The notes under the pieces are model-generated. The model worked only from the letters and a program-made list of their open reading frames with translations. It searched no databases and was not told where the DNA came from. A stretch of DNA of 38,441 nucleotides. Origin: a virus (lineage: Duplodnaviria; Caudoviricetes). Positions 1 to 8,709 of the stretch are shown one piece after another (within the stretch, counting starts at the first letter, position 1; each line of letters opens with the position of its first letter). The position numbers and the translations under genes are program-made. The stretch is taken from the IMG/VR virus record IMGVR_UViG_3300036771_000023, positions 1 through 38,441 of that record; one strand, given 5' to 3'.

Positions 1-2
1 CC

Positions 3-95
3 CGCGAGCACTGGCTGCTGATGCTGGCCGCACTGATCGCGGCATTTGCGGTGATCGTCGCCCGACTGCCGGAACTCATCGCGGCATTCCGCTGA
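3..95 (+). CDS. 3' end of a small membrane protein (partial at window edge)
   Basis: Frame from nt 3 reads REHWLLMLAALIAAFAVIVARLPELIAAFR*; one hydrophobic helix; TGA at 93-95. Confidence 0.5.
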   Translation, partial: REHWLLMLAALIAAFAVIVARLPELIAAFR

Positions 96-144
96 CTCGG
101 CGTGCTCATCGGCCACGTGCAGATGCATTAGGAGATTCGATATC

Positions 145-375
145 ATGTTGATTATGTGGGCGGTGTTCGCGACGTTCCCGATCCTGATAATACCGGTGCT
201 GGTGCTGATGATCTGGGCGGGGGTCATCGCGATAATCGACTGGTTCACGGAGCGGCGTTCTGCTGCTGCACGCTCTGCGACACCGCCGCGCGGGTTATCG
301 GGCGCAGCAGCTGCAACGCCTGCTGCAACTCTCCCGGCGATGGTGGACCCCCTCCACGCCCGGCCGCGGCGATAG
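145..375 (+). CDS. Small membrane protein, possible superinfection exclusion factor
   Basis: AGGAGA RBS at ~130; very hydrophobic N-terminal 33 aa; convergent with and overlapping the last ejection gene. Confidence 0.5.
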   Translation: MLIMWAVFATFPILIIPVLVLMIWAGVIAIIDWFTERRSAAARSATPPRGLSGAAAATPAATLPAMVDPLHARPRR

Positions 376-2140
376 CGCGCGGACCACCGCCGTAGTTTCC
401 AGCCTGTATGATCCGGTTACCTCCGGCGCCAATTCCCAACCCCAGCAGGCCGGTGCCCCCGGTGGTGAGTGCATCGATGGTTGCCAGCTTCAACGCCACC
501 GCCATCGGGATGGCCGCCGCGCCTGCACTGCCGATGCCAGTCGCGACACTTCTGCCGGTGGTGCCGAATTTGCTCTCGATCGTCGGCTGAATGACGGTGT
601 TGCCGGTCTGCGCGATCCGATCCAGCACGCCAGGGGATTTGCCGCCGCCGTAATTGTCGTTTACCCGCCCGGTCTCTGCGTGGAGATCGCCTGGATCGAA
701 TGTGCCATCGCTACGGGCTACCGCCCGCAAGGTCTTATCGGCTCGATATTGGTCGTTAGCTGCGTCAAAAGCGTTGATCTGATCGTTTGTCATCACGCTC
801 CTGGCGCGATTGTCCAGCTGGCTCTTGAGTTGCCAGCCGATCGCTCGCACGTCTGGCTCGGTTGAGTTGAACAGCGGCGACAGGCTCCGCGCCAGCGTCT
901 GATAATCCTTGCCGGCAATGCTGCCGCCGCCCTTATTGAAGGTGTCCTGCACGTGGTTGATCGTAGCGTTGACTCGTGCCCTGTCTTCCGCAGTAAGAGC
1001 TGGTGATATCCCGCTGCGGATACTGTTGAGATCGGGGCCGAGTGTGCCGGCCGGAACCGCTCCTATGGAGTCGATGGAACTGCCGTAAAGACCGCGTATC
1101 CTGGTGTCGGCGTCGGTCTTGTAGGCATCGTTCACCAGCGTGTTGCCGGATGTGTCGCCAGCCTGCTTCATCACCACGCCGCGATACTTTTCCAGCTGAT
1201 TTTCCATGAAGTCAGGCATGCCTGATCCGAGTATGGCGCCGCCATATTTGGATGATGTCTGCAGCAGGGGATCATTGCTGACCTGCGAACCCATCACCGG
1301 CACGCCGGCCTTTACCAGTTCATCGGCCTGGGTGGCGCGCTCCAGCTGGTCCTGCGGCAGTCCCCCGAGCCTGGGATTGGCCCGGATTGTGTCGCCGCGC
1401 AGTCGACTGATCGCGCTGCTGACCGGATCAAGTACCGCACCGGTCGCCGCCGGCAGCACCGCGCCGGCGGTAACGCCAGCCTCGATCTGCGGCCCGAGCG
1501 GCTTGCTGGGATCGGCGGTCAGGGCGGCCTGTGTGCCACCGCCCGCGCCTCCGGTCACCGCGCGCTCTCCCGCATTTACGATGGCGCCAGGAACGCCGCG
1601 TGTGAGAAACGCCGGCAGCAGCTTGGTCGCCGCATTCAACCCGATCCCTAACGGCCCAGTGACCGCGGACGTGATCGGAGCGGTCATCACCATATTGCCG
1701 ACCGTGCGGCCGGCATTTGCCACCGGGTCGTTGCCGTATTTCGCATCGAACGCAGCGCGGTCCGCGGCATTCTGCTGCCCGATCGCGTCCCGCTCGTCCG
1801 CTGACGGGATCGGCACTCCGTATTCTGGGTTGCCGTATTGCGCGAAGCGGTCAGTGAAGTCGCGCCCGCCGCGGATCAGACCGGCGTTGCGCGCTTCGGC
1901 GGTATCCACGGGATGCGCTACGGCGGTCGCGACACCCTTGCCGAGATCCCACAGTCCTTCTGGGATGCCGACGATGGTGCGCATAGTACGCTGCATGAAG
2001 CCGGGCTGGTCTTGTGTCTGCGCCTGGTTTCCACCGCCTCCTGCGGCTGGATCATCCGCTGGGTTGTATGGGCTCGGTGCAACCGGCTGGTGGTGCGAGC
2101 CGCCGCTGCCGGGGTCTTCATCCGGGTTGTATTCTGCCAT
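245..2140 (-). CDS. Internal virion / DNA ejection protein
   Basis: 631 aa Gly/Ala-rich helical protein at the end of the structural operon; GGAG RBS; synteny with podovirus ejection genes. Confidence 0.65.
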   Translation of the reverse strand: MAEYNPDEDPGSGGSHHQPVAPSPYNPADDPAAGGGGNQAQTQDQPGFMQRTMRTIVGIPEGLWDLGKGVATAVAHPVDTAEARNAGLIRGGRDFTDRFAQYGNPEYGVPIPSADERDAIGQQNAADRAAFDAKYGNDPVANAGRTVGNMVMTAPITSAVTGPLGIGLNAATKLLPAFLTRGVPGAIVNAGERAVTGGAGGGTQAALTADPSKPLGPQIEAGVTAGAVLPAATGAVLDPVSSAISRLRGDTIRANPRLGGLPQDQLERATQADELVKAGVPVMGSQVSNDPLLQTSSKYGGAILGSGMPDFMENQLEKYRGVVMKQAGDTSGNTLVNDAYKTDADTRIRGLYGSSIDSIGAVPAGTLGPDLNSIRSGISPALTAEDRARVNATINHVQDTFNKGGGSIAGKDYQTLARSLSPLFNSTEPDVRAIGWQLKSQLDNRARSVMTNDQINAFDAANDQYRADKTLRAVARSDGTFDPGDLHAETGRVNDNYGGGKSPGVLDRIAQTGNTVIQPTIESKFGTTGRSVATGIGSAGAAAIPMAVALKLATIDALTTGGTGLLGLGIGAGGNRIIQAGNYGGGPRAIAAAGRGGGPPSPGELQQALQLLRPITRAAVSQSVQQQNAAP

Positions 2141-2145
2141 CTGAT

Positions 2146-4350
2146 TTACTCCGGCCGCGTGGCGCCTTCCTTCGGATTGAATATCCTTAGATTGCCGCCC
2201 TGGTCTTTATAGAAACCGCCCCGCTCAACATTGTCCCAGATGGATTTGCCGACATCCGAACCCTGCGCGTCCTTCGGCACCTGGTGAATGGCTGACCCGA
2301 CCTCCGCATCCGCCTCGCGCTGTGCCTGCCCGATTGGCATGCCGTCCGCCACCCTGCTGCGCACCGCCTCGGTGTATTTTTGCTGGTGGTCGAACGTGGT
2401 TATTAAGAACCCAAGTCTGGCATCACGATATTGCTCCGGGGTCCACGCACCTCCTGGACCAGCTTTTTCCAAAAAGCCCAGGTCCATGTTGGTAGTGCGC
2501 TGAAATCCGGTGCCGTTACGCAGTGTTGTCATCAGTCGGTTTGTCGCTGAATTTAGCGCGTCCTGGGCGGCAAATTTCTGGGTCTCCTCTGGGGTAGCGA
2601 TGTTGTTGCGGACCATCCAATCGCGCACCGGCTCCATCCCCGGCATGCTGAGGAACCCAGCCTGTCCCGCCGCTTTGGAGAGCGTACGCAGGGTCTGCAA
2701 CTGCGCAAGCCCGTCATGTGACGTTTGCGACGTGGCGTCCAAGCCTTCAAGGATCTTCTGCTTGGCGGCCAACCGTTGTGTGTTCTCGTCCTTTTGCATC
2801 TCCAGATAAGACTTGTTGGCCTGCATCCATGCAGACTGCTGTTGCTCTTGCTGCTTGTTGCTCCAGTCGGTGAACTTGTTCTGCTTCTCGGTTTGCAGCG
2901 CCTGCATGTCCTTGCGCACTGCCTCTGCCGCCGTCGGATCTTTGTTCAGCAGCGCGAGCCGGTAGCGCTCCGCCAGATTGGCCTTCTCGGCATCCGTGAG
3001 GTCGGGCGACACCGAAGCCGGAACCGGTGGTAACTGGAACACGAACGGCTTGGAGCCATCGGGTATGACGGGCGGTGACGGCGGCAGCGACGGCACGGCG
3101 TTGCCGGCCTGCGCTACCTGGGTGTCGCCGACATCCTTCGCCCCAGCGCCCTTCATACCGCCGAGGATCGCCGCGACGTCGCCGGCCGTTTCCGGCATCT
3201 GCCCCGGCGGTTGCGTGGTGGTAGGCGCCCCTGGCCCCGCCACGAGGCTGGAGGGCGGTCCTGGCGGCGTGATGGCGCCGGTCTGCGTGCCTCCGCCGGT
3301 CGGTAGCTGGTCGCCCTGTACGGGCGCTGGGCCGCCCGCTGGCGGGGTGGTCGTGGGCGGCACCGCGGACGGCGCCACCGGAGCCGGTCCAGTCGGAGCA
3401 AACAGCGGCGGCGCAGCGAGCAACTGCTTCTGGCGCTGCAACTCGATGTCGGTCTCGGTCTGCTTGCGGCGCTCCTCGGCCTGCTGCACCGCCAATGATC
3501 CAGCCTCAGTCGTTGCCCTCTGCTGCCCGGTCCTGGCCTGCTGCTGCGCCACCCCGAGCTGCCCGGCCTGGATCTGCCGGCCCTGCTGCGCGCCCAGGAT
3601 GGTGAGCGCGTTCTTCACCTGATCGCGCTGCGCCTGCTGCTGCGAGTAGGCCAGGTCCTGGCTGCCGATCTCGCTTTCCTGCGCGCCCTGCAAGCCGGCG
3701 GCCAGCGCCTGCCCCATCGTGGTGCGCACCGGGTGGTAGCCGCTGTTGGCCAGCAGCCCCATGCCGAAGTTCATCAGCGAGCGCGTGCCGGCGGCCTCGC
3801 GCGCATCGCCGGTGAGGCCGCCACCGCCACCGCCGAACGCCTCGCCGAGCCGCGAGATGAACGACTGCTCCTTGCCGCTGTCGGACTGCTGCGAGCCCAT
3901 GTTGAGCTGGTGCAGCACCCGCGCGACGTCATCGTCGGACGCGCCCACGGCGGGCATCGCAAGCAGCCCCGAGTCCGGTGTGCTGGTGTCAGCCATCGAA
4001 GCCCTCGCATTCACAGTGGGGACGCGGCCAGGATCGCTCATCGCCCATGGCTGTGCGCCACGTCGGTCGTACAGCGCCACCGCCGCCGCGTGCTGATCGC
4101 CCGGCGAATAGTCCATGGCGCGGCCATAGGTGCCGTCCGGCAGGCGTGGCAGCCCAGCCCAGGCGGCCGCGGTCTCCCAGGTGCCGGAACCGCCGCGCGA
4201 ACTGTCCTCCATCTGGTAGTAGCCGCTCGCCGGGCCGCCGCTGCGCTGCGGGATGTTCTGGTTGCCGCTCTCGCGGGCCGAGAAGCGCGCCAGGTCGGCC
4301 TCGCGCTGGGCGATATAGGCGTCGTCATCGGTGCTGGTCGTGGTGCCCAT
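2146..4350 (-). CDS. Ejection protein with N-terminal Rpf/lysozyme-like transglycosylase domain
   Basis: Motifs ARESG...SGYYQM...TW...SPGDQHAAAVALYDRRGAQPW resemble Rpf-type transglycosylases; Pro-rich and coiled-coil remainder. Confidence 0.7.
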   Translation of the reverse strand: MGTTTSTDDDAYIAQREADLARFSARESGNQNIPQRSGGPASGYYQMEDSSRGGSGTWETAAAWAGLPRLPDGTYGRAMDYSPGDQHAAAVALYDRRGAQPWAMSDPGRVPTVNARASMADTSTPDSGLLAMPAVGASDDDVARVLHQLNMGSQQSDSGKEQSFISRLGEAFGGGGGGLTGDAREAAGTRSLMNFGMGLLANSGYHPVRTTMGQALAAGLQGAQESEIGSQDLAYSQQQAQRDQVKNALTILGAQQGRQIQAGQLGVAQQQARTGQQRATTEAGSLAVQQAEERRKQTETDIELQRQKQLLAAPPLFAPTGPAPVAPSAVPPTTTPPAGGPAPVQGDQLPTGGGTQTGAITPPGPPSSLVAGPGAPTTTQPPGQMPETAGDVAAILGGMKGAGAKDVGDTQVAQAGNAVPSLPPSPPVIPDGSKPFVFQLPPVPASVSPDLTDAEKANLAERYRLALLNKDPTAAEAVRKDMQALQTEKQNKFTDWSNKQQEQQQSAWMQANKSYLEMQKDENTQRLAAKQKILEGLDATSQTSHDGLAQLQTLRTLSKAAGQAGFLSMPGMEPVRDWMVRNNIATPEETQKFAAQDALNSATNRLMTTLRNGTGFQRTTNMDLGFLEKAGPGGAWTPEQYRDARLGFLITTFDHQQKYTEAVRSRVADGMPIGQAQREADAEVGSAIHQVPKDAQGSDVGKSIWDNVERGGFYKDQGGNLRIFNPKEGATRPE

Positions 4351-4763
4351 CAGAGATTCAGCAAGCCGCCGCGCACGTAGCCCTGCTGTCCGCTGGCGCT
4401 GCCGCCCGGCATCAGCGCGTTGCTGCGCTGCTGCAACAGCGTGAGCAGCGTGCCCAGATCAGGCCCGCGACCAGGCACCACCTGCGACTGCGCCATCTGC
4501 TGCGCCACCTGCCGCTGGAGCGCCGACTGGTTCACGTCCTTGGCGCCACCAACGGCGCCCTTCAGCTGGCCGAGCGCCGCTTGTAGCTTCGGGTTATCGC
4601 CCCAGAAGCCGCTGCCGGCGCCGATCGTGTTGCCGGCGAACGGGTCGAAATTCCCCATGCCGGCGATCGCCGCGTCGGAGGCGAACGGCGAGCCACCCGA
4701 CAGCGGCAATTCTTCCGGGAGTGCGGCCAACGTGTTGCCGGCGAACGGGTCGAAATCTGACAT
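4350..4763 (-). CDS. Small internal virion protein (hypothetical)
   Basis: Probable start MSDFDPF at 4763; TGATG overlap with the downstream gene; duplicated FDPFAGNT motif. Confidence 0.55.
   Translation of the reverse strand: MSDFDPFAGNTLAALPEELPLSGGSPFASDAAIAGMGNFDPFAGNTIGAGSGFWGDNPKLQAALGQLKGAVGGAKDVNQSALQRQVAQQMAQSQVVPGRGPDLGTLLTLLQQRSNALMPGGSASGQQGYVRGGLLNL
4626..4756. repeat. 26-bp exact direct repeat (4626-4651, 4731-4756)
   Basis: cgtgttgccggcgaacgggtcgaaat occurs twice; encodes FDPFAGNT on the minus strand. Confidence 0.9.
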
Positions 4764-4858
4764 CAGCCGAGTTCCCATGCTATAAGCGGAACGGCCGCAG
4801 CGCTCGACACGCCACGGCCGCCCCTGACCAACAATCCTCTGCTGAAGGACTGAAGGCT

Positions 4859-5365
4859 GTGCCATTTAACACACCAGAAAAGAAACGCGCGTACGAGCGT
4901 TCGACCAGGGAACGCTACGCCGCCCGTGCATTCGAGTTCCTTAAAAACAGGCCGCTCTACAAGCGTTGGGCTGGTATCAAGACCCGTTGCTACAACGCCA
5001 ACTCGGTGTCTTACCCATACTATGGCGGACGTGGCATCTTGATGTGCGATCAGTGGCGAAACAGTTATGAGGCATTCGAGGCCGACATGCTGCCTTCGTG
5101 GCAGCGTGGCCTGTCGCTCGACCGCATCGACAATGACGGCCCATACTCGCCACAGAACTGTCGCTGGGCGACGCGCACCGAGCAAATGCGAAACATGCGC
5201 GGCAATGTGTTTGTAGATACGCCGTGGGGCAGCATGACCTTGGCGGATGCCGCGATAAGATCCGGCATCGATGCAACTATGTTGGGATGGCGCCTCAAAA
5301 ACAGCAAACCGCTGTTTGTCCCTGTTCGGGATACTCGCTACCGCAGCAAGAAGAAACCCCTCTGA
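4859..5365 (+). CDS. Free-standing HNH homing endonuclease, inverted relative to the operon
   Basis: LYKRWAGIKTRC..YYGGRGI..C..W....F..DM....GLSLDRIDNDGPYSPQNCRWAT..EQ.RN motif; lower GC; probable GTG start at 4859. Confidence 0.85.
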   Translation: MPFNTPEKKRAYERSTRERYAARAFEFLKNRPLYKRWAGIKTRCYNANSVSYPYYGGRGILMCDQWRNSYEAFEADMLPSWQRGLSLDRIDNDGPYSPQNCRWATRTEQMRNMRGNVFVDTPWGSMTLADAAIRSGIDATMLGWRLKNSKPLFVPVRDTRYRSKKKPL

Positions 5366-5378
5366 CATGGCGCGTTAC

Positions 5379-6578
5379 TCAGCCTAAACCGCCAAGAAGC
5401 CCGCCAGTGGCGGCACCAATACCAGCGCCGAGCGCGGTTCCAAGACCAGGTATCGCGCTGCCAATCAGGCCACCGATGCCTGCGAGCGAGGACGCGCCGC
5501 CTAACGCCCCAGCGAGCGCATTGCGCTGCTGCGGTGGCGCCTGCTGCACGCCGTAGCTGGTGGTCGTTGACCCATAAGGTACTGCGCCAAGAGAAGAAAG
5601 TAAAATATCTAGGTTTTGGACGGGTTGATTTTGTTGTTCGTAAAAAGCGCCCATCTGCGCGTTCAGCAGCTGCTGCTGCTGGTTCTGCTGTGCCGCACCG
5701 ATCGACTGCATCAGCGAAGCGTTCTTCTGGTCCGCCGCCTGCTGTGCCGCCGCGATCTGCGGCATCTGCTGCGCCGCGGTCTCGCCCAGCTGCAAGTTGG
5801 TGCCGAGCATGTTCTGCGCCGCCTGCTGCGAGGCGCCGTAGCCACCGCTGTATAGACCGGCCAGCGTGCCGGCCGCGCCGTAGCCCTGCGCGCCACCTTG
5901 CAGCGCCACCTGCGTCGCCGGGTTCATCGCGGTCTGCCACCCGCTGTTGAGCAGGTTGCCGATGGTCTGCCCGGCACCGACGGCGGCCTGCGACTGCGCC
6001 ACGCCCTCTTGGACGCCCTGCCGCGAGCCACCGAACGCACCGGCTTGGTTGGCGCCCGCGCCGATGTTCTGCAGGTTCTGCTGTAGCTGCTGGCGCCCGA
6101 TCTGCAGCGCCGGGTCGATCACCGCCTGCGAGAACGGCGACATGATTTGCAGCGCGTTGCTCGCCACCTGTCCGGCGGTCGCCGGTCCCTGCGCCGCATA
6201 GCCGCCCAGCAGCCCGGTCGCCGGGTTGATGACGTTCTGCTGGTAGTTGCCCATTAGCGCGTTGGTGGCGGCGTTCTGCTGGTCCGGCGTCAGGCTTTGC
6301 AGGTTGCCCAGCATGTTGCCCTGCGCGCCAGACGCGGCGGCGTATGCCGGGTCATACTGGCCCTGCATGTCGCGCACCGACTGATACGCGGCATTGGTGT
6401 CGGCGCCGGGGTCGGCGACCATCTGGCCGGTGTATGGCGTATAGGGACGCTGGCTGAGGTCGGTCGCCTGCTGCACCGCGCCCTGCGAGGCGGTGTTGAG
6501 CCAGTCGGGAATTGAGGTTGTGCTGGTCGAGAACGATTGCGTCTGCCCGCCGCCGCCTCCACCTTTCCCGCCGCCCAT
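5379..6578 (-). CDS. Internal virion / pilot (ejection) protein
   Basis: Starts MGGGKGGGGG; Gln/Ala/Gly-rich; AGAFGGSR motif; C-terminal glycine-zipper hydrophobic tail. Confidence 0.7.
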   Translation of the reverse strand: MGGGKGGGGGGQTQSFSTSTTSIPDWLNTASQGAVQQATDLSQRPYTPYTGQMVADPGADTNAAYQSVRDMQGQYDPAYAAASGAQGNMLGNLQSLTPDQQNAATNALMGNYQQNVINPATGLLGGYAAQGPATAGQVASNALQIMSPFSQAVIDPALQIGRQQLQQNLQNIGAGANQAGAFGGSRQGVQEGVAQSQAAVGAGQTIGNLLNSGWQTAMNPATQVALQGGAQGYGAAGTLAGLYSGGYGASQQAAQNMLGTNLQLGETAAQQMPQIAAAQQAADQKNASLMQSIGAAQQNQQQQLLNAQMGAFYEQQNQPVQNLDILLSSLGAVPYGSTTTSYGVQQAPPQQRNALAGALGGASSLAGIGGLIGSAIPGLGTALGAGIGAATGGLLGGLG

Positions 6579-6580
6579 CG

Positions 6581-6952
6581 CTAGTGCTCCCTGACCAGCC
6601 GCTTGTGGAAGTGAGCCATGTTCGGCGTCGGCCGCCATCCGGTAGGCGCGGCAACCCGCCCCCAACCGGGGCGGCCACACGCGGTGGCCACCGTCGCGCC
6701 GTTTTCAATGCCCCAAGGCAGCACGTCGTGCTCAAGCGCGAGGACGTGGCGCAGCTCGCCGAACAGCAGCCAGAAGTGAACTGCCTTGTATTGCGGGAAG
6801 TTGTGCATCTCGGCGACGATGCAGGCGTCTTCGTTCTCGAACAGCCGCGCGCGCCCGGCGTGCAGAAGCTCGATGATATCGCTCACGCTGTGGGTATTCC
6901 CGCCATACTCCAGCGCGATCTGCATGCGGTGGATTTTCTCGCTTCCGGTCAT
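6581..6952 (-). CDS. Hypothetical virion-assembly protein (GNAT-like, T7 gp13/P22 gp14 position)
   Basis: 123 aa between nozzle and pilot genes; GRPGWGRV motif; ATGA coupling. Confidence 0.5.
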   Translation of the reverse strand: MTGSEKIHRMQIALEYGGNTHSVSDIIELLHAGRARLFENEDACIVAEMHNFPQYKAVHFWLLFGELRHVLALEHDVLPWGIENGATVATACGRPGWGRVAAPTGWRPTPNMAHFHKRLVREH

Positions 6953-7161
6953 GGCCGCGGCACCGCGGTGGTCGAGAGCGCGCCGGTATTGTCGACCGAC
7001 AGCCGCCAGGTGCTGCCGTTGGGCGCAATCAGCATCACCGCCGCATATACCGGCTCATCGCTCATATTCGCCTTGCGGTTCATCGCATCCGCGATCATCG
7101 CCAGACGCTGATCGATTGACCCGCTGAATGGCGCAATGAACGGTGCGGGCGGACGTGCCAT
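6949..7161 (-). CDS. Small hypothetical virion protein
   Basis: Start MARPPAP coupled to nozzle stop (TGATG); LIAPNGSTWRLSVDNTGALST motif typical of small tail proteins. Confidence 0.6.
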   Translation of the reverse strand: MARPPAPFIAPFSGSIDQRLAMIADAMNRKANMSDEPVYAAVMLIAPNGSTWRLSVDNTGALSTTAVPRP

Positions 7162-8708
7162 CAGCGTTTTCCTGCCTGCTGCATCAGGAGCCGTGTCCGG
7201 CCAACCGCGAAATCGGCATCGACCAGCGCCTCGAGCCGCATCGCCGCGGTGCGGCCCGACCACCGCATGTCCACCAGCCCGTTGTGCACCACCTGGAACA
7301 GGCCGGTGTCGTATTCCGACGCCTCGTCGTAGGGCTGCTCCCGCACGATGAAGCGCCAGCCGAGCATGTCATCGACCGCGCAGGCGGCATCGACCACCAG
7401 TTGCGTCACGGCGAACCGGCTGTCGCCCTCGCCGGCGACGATGTTGCCGCTCTGCGCATAGACGTTGCCGACCGGGCCGCGTGGTGCGCCATTCTCGGTG
7501 AATCCGTATTCGTGCAAATACAGCGCACCGCCGCTGCCGAGCGGGCCGCCGAGCACCGGGAAATCCATGGTGCCGACCGGGTCGGCCGCGCTGCGGGTGC
7601 GCATGCCGATGGTCCACGGCTTGGTCGGATCGGCGAAGTTCATCGCTACGTAGCGGTTGCATTCCTGGCTGCCTTCGTCCGGCCAGTCCCACCACATCTC
7701 GGAGAACGCCGGATTTGGCGAGCCGAACAGCCGCCCGACATAGGCGCGGTTGAGCAGCGAGAAAAACCAGTCTCCGACATCGCATGCCACCGGCGCCACG
7801 CTGCCCGCCCAGGCCCAGAAGTTCTGCAATCCCGGCCACATCACCATCGAGCCGATCGCCACCGGCGCGCGCAGCGAGGCCAGTCCACAGCCGGACGCGA
7901 TCTGGACGATTCCATACGCATACGGCGGCCCGACATAGGTCATCATATGCAGGTCGTTGGCGGTCCAGATCAGGATGCCCTGCGACACCTTCACCGCGGC
8001 CATCGCGTAGGACTGCGTTTGCAGCGTCTTGCTGCCGGCGAGGTTGGTCACGTCGGGCGCCCAGACGTGGTAATTCTCCTGATCGCTCCAGGCGATGTTG
8101 CGCGGGTCGCCGCCGGCCGCGAGCAGCACCACCTGGCGCTGGTCGGTGACCACCACGCCGCGGTTGTTCACCGGCGCTTCGGTCACGATCGCCGGCAATG
8201 TCGTGGGTGTCGTGGGCGACCAGTGGAACAGATGCCCGTCCTGGGTCGGCACGATCAGCAAGTCCTGGCCGAACGTGTCCATCGACCAGCGGTCGCCCTG
8301 ATGGGCGCTCACATCCTGCGGGCCGATGTTCGCCGCGTCGCGCTGGGTGCCGTAGGTGTCGGTGCCGTAGTTGGCGAGGCCATAGCCAATCTGCGGGCCG
8401 GGCGGATCGAGCGCGCCGACGCCGGTGGGCGTGATGTCGTAGAGCACCTGGGTGTCGAAGCGGAACGCAAACAAATGGGTGTCGGTGCCGATCGCGGCCC
8501 AGCGCACATGGCTGTTGTCGTGCCAAGTCAGGATATCGCGCGGCAGCGTCGCGGTGACCGCGTTCGGCAGTGCGACGTTGCCGCCAACCGGCTGGATCTG
8601 GCCCTGCCGGAAACGGATGTTTTGCGCGTCGAACCATTTGCCGGGGGTCGCCTCGGCGGTGCCGTTGCGGAACACGCCGGGCGGCGGTGCCTGGGCGACG
8701 CGTGGCAT
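7161..8708 (-). CDS. Tail nozzle / packaged-DNA stabilisation protein (P22 gp10-like)
   Basis: 515 aa beta-rich; WFDAQNIRF, IAWSDQEN motifs; position after fibres. Confidence 0.7.
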   Translation of the reverse strand: MPRVAQAPPPGVFRNGTAEATPGKWFDAQNIRFRQGQIQPVGGNVALPNAVTATLPRDILTWHDNSHVRWAAIGTDTHLFAFRFDTQVLYDITPTGVGALDPPGPQIGYGLANYGTDTYGTQRDAANIGPQDVSAHQGDRWSMDTFGQDLLIVPTQDGHLFHWSPTTPTTLPAIVTEAPVNNRGVVVTDQRQVVLLAAGGDPRNIAWSDQENYHVWAPDVTNLAGSKTLQTQSYAMAAVKVSQGILIWTANDLHMMTYVGPPYAYGIVQIASGCGLASLRAPVAIGSMVMWPGLQNFWAWAGSVAPVACDVGDWFFSLLNRAYVGRLFGSPNPAFSEMWWDWPDEGSQECNRYVAMNFADPTKPWTIGMRTRSAADPVGTMDFPVLGGPLGSGGALYLHEYGFTENGAPRGPVGNVYAQSGNIVAGEGDSRFAVTQLVVDAACAVDDMLGWRFIVREQPYDEASEYDTGLFQVVHNGLVDMRWSGRTAAMRLEALVDADFAVGRTRLLMQQAGKR

Positions 8709-8709
8709 G

